IMG/VR virus record: IMGVR_UViG_3300031140_000597
Location: 1-64,000 of that record
DNA from: an uncultured virus (IMG/VR IMGVR_UViG_3300031140_000597)
Lineage: Duplodnaviria; Heunggongvirae; Uroviricota; Caudoviricetes
Reading direction: 5' to 3' (one strand)
Length of the DNA: 64,000 nt
Shown here piece by piece: positions 52,224 to 57,338 of the stretch. Position 1 is the stretch's first letter. Every line of letters begins with the position of its first letter. The translations under genes were made by a program, and so were the position numbers. Under the pieces are notes generated by a model. The model saw nothing but the letters and a program-made list of their open reading frames with translations. It was not told the DNA's origin and did no database searches.

Positions 52224-52248
52224 CAAGTAAGCCGTATTGTTGTATAAT
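52220..52248 (+). promoter_or_regulatory. sigma70-type promoter
   Basis: TTGACA-N17-TATAAT. Confidence 0.75.
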
Positions 52249-52277
52249 AGTTATATAAGTTAATAAAGCGCAAGGAA

Positions 52278-52424
52278 ATGAATATGTTAAATTTTTTAGA
52301 GACTACTGTTTTGCCAATGACACGTGTTATTGAAGCGAGCGGCTATTTTGAAATATTGTTATTATGTTTATTGCCAATCATGCTGATTGGTAGTGCGGTA
52401 TTATTTAAGAAAGGTGAATTATAA
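52278..52424 (+). CDS. small membrane protein (48 aa)
   Basis: AAGGA RBS; single hydrophobic segment; read manually. Confidence 0.5.
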   Translation: MNMLNFLETTVLPMTRVIEASGYFEILLLCLLPIMLIGSAVLFKKGEL

Positions 52425-52594
52425 TGGCTAGATTTAGTGAGTTTAAGCATTGGGTACAATCCATGTGGTATGATCATAAGCGCGAAAAGATTGAGTGGGA
52501 AGGTAGTCCACCAGATTACGGTTTTCGTACGTGGGTTAACATGAACAAATGGTTCATCAAGCGTATGTGGAAAGCACGTAACGAAGAATCATAA
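52424..52594 (+). CDS. small Trp-rich hypothetical protein (56 aa)
   Basis: TAATG coupling; MARFSEFKHWVQSMW... Confidence 0.6.
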   Translation: MARFSEFKHWVQSMWYDHKREKIEWEGSPPDYGFRTWVNMNKWFIKRMWKARNEES

Positions 52595-52650
52595 GTTTAT
52601 ATTAGACAGAACTGTAACGTATATCTGACCTTGTTCTAGACAAAAGGGTT

Positions 52651-52768
52651 TGGGTTGTAGCGCAGTCTGGGAGAAGCGTCTATCCTCGGTGATGTAGCAT
52701 TAGATTAATTACCTAATACCCTGCATTACATAGATAGAAGGTCGTGGGTTCGAATCCCTCCAACTCCG
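52651..52768 (+). tRNA. tRNA-Pro-like element with about 41-nt insertion in the anticodon loop (intron-containing or pseudo-tRNA)
   Basis: GTAGCGCAGTCTGG D-arm, CTATC/GATAG anticodon stem, GGTTCGAATCC T-arm; no CCA. Confidence 0.6.
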
Positions 52769-52819
52769 TTAGAGTTTTGTCTAATATAAATATAGTTTAA
52801 CTAAGCGTAGGGAAAAGTA

Positions 52820-53023
52820 ATGATTGTAGCACTAGCACTAATTGGGGCATTGTTCACAGTAGACAATGCAGAGTTTTTAAATCAGGTAGAGAAGAATAAA
52901 GCAGATGGTATGTCGTGGCATTACATTGGGTCAACTGCACCAAATGCAAATGATCCGTACATTGCTGCAATTAACAAAGAAACGGGTGAAGAAACTGTTT
53001 ACTTTAAGATGTTACAGGACTAA
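52820..53023 (+). CDS. small exported hypothetical protein
   Basis: TATAAATA at 52785; hydrophobic N-terminus. Confidence 0.6.
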   Translation: MIVALALIGALFTVDNAEFLNQVEKNKADGMSWHYIGSTAPNANDPYIAAINKETGEETVYFKMLQD

Positions 53024-53054
53024 ATGTAACTAAGTATTTAATTGAAAATAAGTG

Positions 53055-53083
53055 TTGACAAGAACGAAATAGTCTGTTACACT
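53055..53083 (+). promoter_or_regulatory. sigma70 promoter P1 of tRNA block 1
   Basis: TTGACA-N17-TACACT; about 40-nt direct repeat with P2. Confidence 0.75.
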
Positions 53084-53168
53084 TATTACATAGGTTTGAG
53101 AAGCGTAACTAAGCATTTTGAACCGAAAAAGATAAATAGAATCATAAGAAATAAAGTTAAAATAAGTG

Positions 53169-53197
53169 TTGACAAGATAGAAATAGTCTGTTATACT
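53169..53197 (+). promoter_or_regulatory. sigma70 promoter P2 of tRNA block 1
   Basis: TTGACA-N17-TATACT. Confidence 0.8.
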
Positions 53198-53246
53198 TAT
53201 AACATAAACAGTTAAAGATAACTGTAATAAACAAGAGAACGAAACG

Positions 53247-53360
53247 ATGTTAAACACATTCTGTAATTTACATAGTAAACTAGATAGTCAACGCTGGTAT
53301 CAGCCGGAGATTATGAATGTGCCCGCGAGTTTCTTAGACGAGGATGATGGATTATATTAA
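53247..53360 (+). CDS. putative attenuator leader peptide (37 aa, MLNTFCNLHSKLDSQRWYQPEIMNVPASFLDEDDGLY)
   Basis: lies between promoter and terminator; contains all 20 amino acids; its 3' part is complementary to the terminator 5' arm. Confidence 0.7.
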   Translation: MLNTFCNLHSKLDSQRWYQPEIMNVPASFLDEDDGLY

Positions 53361-53386
53361 GCCATTAAATCCAATAAATTTCTAAG

Positions 53387-53420
53387 AAACCCGCCAAGCG
53401 AAAGCAAAGCGGGTTTTTTT
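53387..53420 (+). terminator. intrinsic terminator / attenuator upstream of tRNA block 1
   Basis: AAACCCGC...GCGGGTTTTTTT. Confidence 0.85.
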
Positions 53421-53585
53421 ATGACAGTGTAAAAGTAGAAGCGGAACGAGGTCGCTGAGATTACACTTTAAATAATATCTCTAAAATGGCGTGTTGTAGG
53501 ATTGAAAGTTCTAGTTAGAATGAGTAAAATTATGACAGTATATTTTTATACTAAAAAGCATTCATAGAGTGTTTTTCAGTATAAT

Positions 53586-53659
53586 GCTCGGTTAGCTCAA
53601 AGGTAGAGCCATCGCTCGATAAGCGATAGACGAAGGATCGTTACCTTCACTGAGTACCA
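53586..53659 (+). tRNA. tRNA-Ile(GAT)
   Basis: cloverleaf, ATCGC-TCGATAA-GCGAT, CCA; C33 and A54 non-canonical. Confidence 0.85.
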
Positions 53660-53706
53660 TTTTAAAATTGGAGATTCACTGCCATAAGTGTGAACTATAA
53701 AATTAC

Positions 53707-53783
53707 GGATTGTTAGCATAGTGGCTTAATGCAGCACCTTCATACGGTGAAGATCAATGGTTCAAATCCATTACAATCCACCA
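53707..53783 (+). tRNA. tRNA-Met(CAT)
   Basis: CACC-TTCATAC-GGTG, GGTTCAAATCC, CCA. Confidence 0.85.
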
Positions 53784-53792
53784 CAAGTTTTA

Positions 53793-53868
53793 CAGGGTAT
53801 AGCTGAGTTTGGTTTAGCACGGGCCTTGGATGCCTGAGACGAGGGTTCAAGTCCTTCTTCCCTGACCA
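53793..53868 (+). tRNA. tRNA-Pro(TGG)
   Basis: CGGGC-CTTGGAT-GCCTG, CCA; A37. Confidence 0.88.
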
Positions 53869-53922
53869 TTAGAGATAGTGTATATCTCGTGTCTTTTATT
53901 AGATATAAAAATACAATTTAAT

Positions 53923-53995
53923 ACTCTTGCCAGTGGAACTGGCAGTTGGGTTTCGACCCCGACTTGCGAATGTTCGATTCATTCCAGGAGTGCCA
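53923..53995 (+). tRNA. tRNA-Arg(TCG), atypical D-arm
   Basis: TTGGG-TTTCGAC-CCCGA, TGTTCGATTCA, GCCA. Confidence 0.75.
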
Positions 53996-53997
53996 AA

Positions 53998-54133
53998 TTT
54001 ACTATGCTGGCTGCCGTCTACGTTTCCGGAAACTGACGTTAAATATTGAGGTTCAACTCCTCGGATACATTAAGGAAGGCTTGGTGTATCGCGTTACAGG
54101 CAACGTAAGGGTTCGACTCCCAAATAGTAAACC
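53998..54133 (+). ncRNA. tRNA-like structured RNA with two T-arms
   Basis: terminal stem TTTACTAT/ATAGTAAA; GAGGTTCAACTCCTC and GGGTTCGACTCCC; 11-bp internal hairpin. Confidence 0.5.
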
Positions 54134-54141
54134 GCTTTGAT

Positions 54142-54219
54142 GGTGATCGTAGCATAACTGGCAAATGCCCAAGGTTGTGAACCTTGTAGATCCGGGATCA
54201 TACCCCGGCGATCACACCA
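54142..54219 (+). tRNA. tRNA-His(GTG)
   Basis: CAAGG-TTGTGAA-CCTTG, G-1, CCA; T-loop GATCATA. Confidence 0.88.
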
Positions 54220-54229
54220 CTTATTTTAT

Positions 54230-54315
54230 GGAAGATGATCTAGTCTGGGACTAGGATGACTTGCTAAGTCAATCGGCTCGAAAGGGTTTGGGATCGTAAC
54301 CTACTTCTTCCGCCA
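54230..54315 (+). tRNA. tRNA-Ser(GCT)
   Basis: TGAC-TTGCTAA-GTCA, long variable arm, GCCA. Confidence 0.85.
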
Positions 54316-54321
54316 CTTTTA

Positions 54322-54398
54322 GCGCGGTTGCCAGAGTAGCCAACGGAGCGGCTTGCAAACCCGTACAACCATCGGTGCAAATCCGATACCGCGCTCCA
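54322..54398 (+). tRNA. tRNA-Cys(GCA)
   Basis: loop TTGCAAA, U73, CCA. Confidence 0.88.
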
Positions 54399-54404
54399 AT
54401 TTTA

Positions 54405-54431
54405 AGTTCCGTTCGTCTATCGGTTAGGACA
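54405..54431 (+). pseudogene. 5' fragment of a tRNA-Glu-type gene
   Basis: GTTCCGTTCGTCTATCGGTTAGGACA (acceptor 5' strand + D-arm) with no 3' half. Confidence 0.5.
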
Positions 54432-54446
54432 TACGGGAAGAATTAC

Positions 54447-54523
54447 ATCCCCATAGATTACGTTGGTTAAATCACTAGACTTTCACTCTAGCGAACCGGG
54501 ATCGTCGCCCGGTGGGGATACCA
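54447..54523 (+). tRNA. tRNA-Glu(TTC)
   Basis: CTAGA-CTTTCAC-TCTAG, CCA. Confidence 0.88.
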
Positions 54524-54525
54524 TT

Positions 54526-54628
54526 TTTGTCTTATAGTTTAATATGGCATTTGGGTATGACGATACTCAAGAATAGAATCTTGCAATCAGCGAGAGATAC
54601 AGGTATTGCATAATCCTGTTAAGACAAA
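54526..54628 (+). ncRNA. degenerate tRNA-like element with expanded D and T loops
   Basis: TTTGTCTTA/TAAGACAAA stem; TTGGGTAT/ATACTCAA hairpin; TCTTGC/GCGAGA arm; ACAGG/CCTGT arm. Confidence 0.45.
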
Positions 54629-54639
54629 TTATTTTTAAT

Positions 54640-54714
54640 GCATCGGTAGTGTCAATGGAAACACGCGAGATTCCAAACTTCGTATTCTAGGTTCAAGTCC
54701 TAGTCGGTGTGCCA
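54640..54714 (+). tRNA. tRNA-Trp(CCA)
   Basis: loop TTCCAAA, GGTTCAAGTCC, GCCA. Confidence 0.88.
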
Positions 54715-54720
54715 CATTAA

Positions 54721-54821
54721 GGTAGTTAAGCAGTTGAGAACCATATCGTGAAACCTACGGGGGAGTTGGTATTGGAACAAATAGTTCGCTGCTCAAGAGG
54801 GTGTTGACCTCTACTGCCACC
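54721..54821 (+). ncRNA. tRNA-like element (acceptor + T-arm, rearranged core)
   Basis: GGTAGT/ACTGCC-ACC, AGAGG-GTGTTGA-CCTCT, AGCAG/CTGCT. Confidence 0.4.
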
Positions 54822-54826
54822 CTTTT

Positions 54827-54925
54827 TATCTTGTTGCTTAATTAAAGCAGTGGAATCCCTCATACATCGTCAATGCTATGAGAATGATGTTTCCATGCAT
54901 GTAGGTGCAAATCCTACCAAGATAA
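54827..54925 (+). ncRNA. tRNA-like element with 35-nt anticodon loop
   Basis: TATCTTG/CAAGATA, D-arm GCTT/AAGC, TGGAA/TTCCA, T-arm GTAGG-TGCAAAT-CCTAC. Confidence 0.55.
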
Positions 54926-54936
54926 ATTATTTTTAA

Positions 54937-55022
54937 GCAGGATACGACTCATGGTGAGACAGCGGATTGTAAATCCGTAGCGTGTAATGCGCAAGTAGGT
55001 TCAATTCCTTCATCCTGCACCA
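54937..55022 (+). tRNA. tRNA-Tyr(GTA)
   Basis: GCGGA-TTGTAAA-TCCGT, long variable arm, CCA. Confidence 0.88.
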
Positions 55023-55029
55023 CTTTTAA

Positions 55030-55107
55030 GCCGCAGTGACCCAAATAGGTAGAGGTGCTGGTTTTAGAAACCAGATGTTGTAGGTTCGATCCCTACTTGC
55101 GGTACCA
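55030..55107 (+). tRNA. tRNA-Leu(TAG), short variable arm
   Basis: CTGGT-TTTAGAA-ACCAG, CCA. Confidence 0.88.
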
Positions 55108-55142
55108 ACATAAATACAACCATATATAGGAGAAACCATATA

Positions 55143-55466
55143 ATGGCAATTACATTATCTAAAGAAGCATCAGAGCGCATATCAGATTACATGATCAACA
55201 GAGGACCTACGTACGGTGTACGTGTAGGTGTAAGAACAACAGGTTGTTCTGGTCTTGCATACATAGTAGAGTTTGTCGATAATATTGACGAGAATGATAC
55301 AGTCTTTGTATCAAATGAAATAAGTATTGTAGTAGATCCTAAAGGTTTAACATACCTTGACGGTACTGAGTTGGATTATGGACGTGATGGACTCAACGAA
55401 GGATTCAGATTTAATAATCCAAACGCAAAAGACGAATGCGGTTGTGGCGAAAGTTTCACTGTATAA
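55143..55466 (+). CDS. iscA: A-type Fe-S cluster carrier IscA/HesB
   Basis: GVR.GV.TTGCSGLAY, LDG.ELDY, F.F.NPN...ECGCGESF. Confidence 0.95.
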   Translation: MAITLSKEASERISDYMINRGPTYGVRVGVRTTGCSGLAYIVEFVDNIDENDTVFVSNEISIVVDPKGLTYLDGTELDYGRDGLNEGFRFNNPNAKDECGCGESFTV

Positions 55467-55484
55467 TATTTTATTAAATAAGTG

Positions 55485-55513
55485 TTGACAAGAGAAGTAT
55501 AATGCGTTACAAT
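55485..55513 (+). promoter_or_regulatory. sigma70-type promoter
   Basis: TTGACA-N17-TACAAT. Confidence 0.7.
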
Positions 55514-55626
55514 AGCACAACGTTTTGAGAAAGACATAAAGTTTTTTGATAAATAAATAAGAAGTTTATGCTGACGTATTTCAAGTCACTAATTTAGAAA
55601 TAGTTTAAAATAGTTTAAAATAGTAG

Positions 55627-55655
55627 TTGACAATAGTTAATAAGTTTGATATAAT
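55627..55655 (+). promoter_or_regulatory. sigma70 promoter of ncRNA/tRNA block 2
   Basis: TTGACA-N17-TATAAT with AT-rich UP-like repeats (AAATAGTTTA). Confidence 0.8.
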
Positions 55656-55665
55656 AGTAGAACAA

Positions 55666-55694
55666 GTTGAGAGATCAACACGCTCTTTAAAAAT
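55666..55694 (+). promoter_or_regulatory. rrn-like boxB-boxA antitermination site
   Basis: GTTGA-GAGA-TCAAC GNRA hairpin followed by CGCTCTTTAAAAAT. Confidence 0.7.
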
Positions 55695-55700
55695 AGTTTG

Positions 55701-55796
55701 TTTTAATATGTATTATTGTTGATGAAAGTAGGGCTTGATGTTGGAAGTAGAACCATTAAGGTGTCTGACGATAGTTAACAATAATATATTTTAAAA
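55701..55796 (+). ncRNA. stem-enclosed small RNA candidate 1
   Basis: long inverted repeat ATGTATTATTGTTGA / TTAACAATAATATAT around an approximately 50-nt core. Confidence 0.45.
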
Positions 55797-55812
55797 TGAA
55801 TTAAAATAGTTA

Positions 55813-55841
55813 TTGACATTGTTATGAAACTTTGTTATACT
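55813..55841 (+). promoter_or_regulatory. sigma70-type promoter
   Basis: TTGACA-N17-TATACT. Confidence 0.75.
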
Positions 55842-55853
55842 ATTAAAGTGTTC

Positions 55854-56005
55854 TTTTGTATACACATTAGGTAGATACTGATTTTAGTAGGTATGGTGAT
55901 TCGTGCTGAACGTTGAAGGGAATCGCTAAATGACAAGGGACTTGCTGTGTGGGATTAATCATCCCTGTCGTAGACAAGCGGTTGTTAAATAATGTGTATG
56001 CAAAA
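55854..56005 (+). ncRNA. structured ncRNA, paralog A
   Basis: TTTTGTATACACATTA/TAATGTGTATGCAAAA closing stem; core shared with paralog B. Confidence 0.6.
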
Positions 56006-56015
56006 GTGTATTTTA

Positions 56016-56161
56016 ATATATGCTATTGGGTAGAGCCAGATCGTAGTAAGCATAAGGGTGCGTGCTGAAATTTGAAGGGAATCGCTGAACGACAATAGGT
56101 TTAATGTATACAGACTAATCCCTGTATATTGGAACCAACGATAGTTAAACGATAGTATATT
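56016..56161 (+). ncRNA. structured ncRNA, paralog B
   Basis: ATATGCTATTG/CGATAGTATAT closing stem; CGTGCTGAA..TTGAAGGGAATCGCT.AA.GACAA core. Confidence 0.6.
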
Positions 56162-56189
56162 TTAAAGTTTATTTTAAATAAAGTTTAAT

Positions 56190-56265
56190 TCCTGAATAGC
56201 TCAGTTGGTAGAGCAGTAGACTGTTAATCTATTTGTCGTTGGTTCGAGCCCAACTTCAGGAGCCA
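56190..56265 (+). tRNA. tRNA-Asn(GTT)
   Basis: canonical cloverleaf, loop CTGTTAA, GCCA. Confidence 0.93.
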
Positions 56266-56365
56266 TTTTCATAGTTAGTTTATTCCTTCTTACAGGATAT
56301 CCTGAGAAGATACGAAGAAAACTGATAGCATCACATCTGAAACAATGACGATGTGGTGCGGTTGC

Positions 56366-56439
56366 GCCCGATTAGTTAAGTGGTATAACAATTGCCTTGT
56401 AAGCATTAGTTGGTGGTTCGATTCCATCATTGGGCACCA
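56366..56439 (+). tRNA. tRNA-Thr(TGT)
   Basis: loop CTTGTAA, CCA. Confidence 0.9.
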
Positions 56440-56446
56440 TTTTTTA

Positions 56447-56581
56447 AAGTAGTATTAAGTAGTTACCCTAGCGGCTCATAAGAGAGAGTCGGTTCATTGC
56501 ATATAGTTACAGTTATGTGTAGTCAGCGAAATGTGCATCTGTAAGTGCATGTAGACTCGGCTAACTTCTTAATATTATTTT
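56447..56581 (+). ncRNA. multibranched structured RNA candidate
   Basis: AAGTAGTATTAAG/CTTAATATTATTT closing stem with three internal hairpins. Confidence 0.45.
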
Positions 56582-56582
56582 T

Positions 56583-56658
56583 GCTGACGTAGCTCACTCG
56601 GGAGAGCGCGACCCTGTCAAGGTCGAGGTAGTGGGATCGAAACCCATCGTTGGCGCCA
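56583..56658 (+). tRNA. tRNA-Asp(GTC)
   Basis: CGACC-CTGTCAA-GGTCG, GCCA. Confidence 0.92.
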
Positions 56659-56705
56659 CATTTAAGATCAAATTTCTTGACCAGAAGTTTGAAACAACGT
56701 TTTAT

Positions 56706-56796
56706 AGAGAGTTGGCAGAGTGGTCGAATGCACTGGTCTTGAAAACCAGCAAGGGTTCATAGCCCTTCGAGAGTTCGAACCTCTCACTCTCTGCCA
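56706..56796 (+). tRNA. tRNA-Ser(TGA)
   Basis: CTGGT-CTTGAAA-ACCAG, long variable arm, GCCA. Confidence 0.93.
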
Positions 56797-56873
56797 TTTT
56801 AGATAGTGCTAAATAGATAGTTCGTCAGATGATGTAACTATTTTATAGGAATAAACCATGTATAATATAATTT

Positions 56874-56948
56874 GTCCCATTAGCATAATGGATAGTGCAG
56901 TGGATTTCTACTCCATAGATCAGGGTTCGACTCCTTGATGGGACACCA
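56874..56948 (+). tRNA. tRNA-Arg(TCT)
   Basis: GTGGA-TTTCTAC-TCCAT, CCA. Confidence 0.92.
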
Positions 56949-56964
56949 ATTTTAAAGAGCGTAC

Positions 56965-57048
56965 AGTATCATCGCTTGTCAAGTAGATACTCAGGTAACA
57001 TCAGGCATAGCCCCTCATGATGTTATTAGGTGAGGGGGTGAGACAAGC
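56965..57048 (+). ncRNA. double-pseudoknot RNA candidate
   Basis: four crossing helices: AGTATC/GATACT, GCTTGTC/GACAAGC, TAACATCA/TGATGTTA, CCCCTCA/TGAGGGG. Confidence 0.5.
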
Positions 57049-57058
57049 ACATTTTTAT

Positions 57059-57128
57059 ATCATCATTTGCCAATTGGTAAGGTTAGGCGAAGTAGTCGTT
57101 ACTGGTTCGATTCCAGTTGGTGATACCA
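57059..57128 (+). ncRNA. CCA-ending tRNA-like RNA with a collapsed anticodon arm
   Basis: ATCATCA/TGGTGAT-ACCA, D-loop AATTGGTAA, ACTGG-TTCGATT-CCAGT; no 5-bp/7-nt anticodon arm. Confidence 0.6.
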
Positions 57129-57135
57129 ATTTTAA

Positions 57136-57208
57136 TGCGGGATGCTAAGGTATGCACTCCGGGCTCATAACCCGCGAGGTTGAGTTTCGATTACTCTTTC
57201 CGCTACCA
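57136..57208 (+). tRNA. tRNA-fMet(CAT), initiator-like
   Basis: GGG/CCC anticodon stem, loop CTCATAA, 1:72 mismatch, CCA. Confidence 0.8.
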
Positions 57209-57213
57209 CATTA

Positions 57214-57291
57214 GGGCCTATAGCTTAGTTGGTTTAAAGCAGACGACTCATAATCGTAAGATCCTTGGTTCAAGTCCAAGTAGGCCCACCA
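57214..57291 (+). tRNA. tRNA(CAT), probably Ile2 (lysidine type)
   Basis: GGGCCTATAGCT body typical of Ile2; loop CTCATAA; CCA. Confidence 0.85.
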
Positions 57292-57338
57292 CTATAATTT
57301 ATTTTTGTATAAGATTTGTCTTATACATTTACAGAAAT

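Noticed and set aside
53030..53257. Minus-strand 75-aa ORF with an internal repeat
   Set aside because: It is the reverse complement of the duplicated promoter P1/P2.
53946..54140. 64-aa ORF, and likewise 57180..57374 and 59359..59604
   Set aside because: They overlap tRNA genes or tRNA-like RNAs and are spurious.
55700..56165. tmRNA, RNase P RNA or T-box identity for the unknown ncRNAs
   Set aside because: No tmRNA acceptor ends or tag ORF, no GAGGAAAGTCC RNase P motif, and no T-box GGTGGNACC antiterminator.
56965..57048. Canonical HDV-like (theta) ribozyme
   Set aside because: Only 5 nt lie between the candidate P2 5' strand and P1 3' strand, leaving no room for P3/L3; kept as an unclassified pseudoknot.
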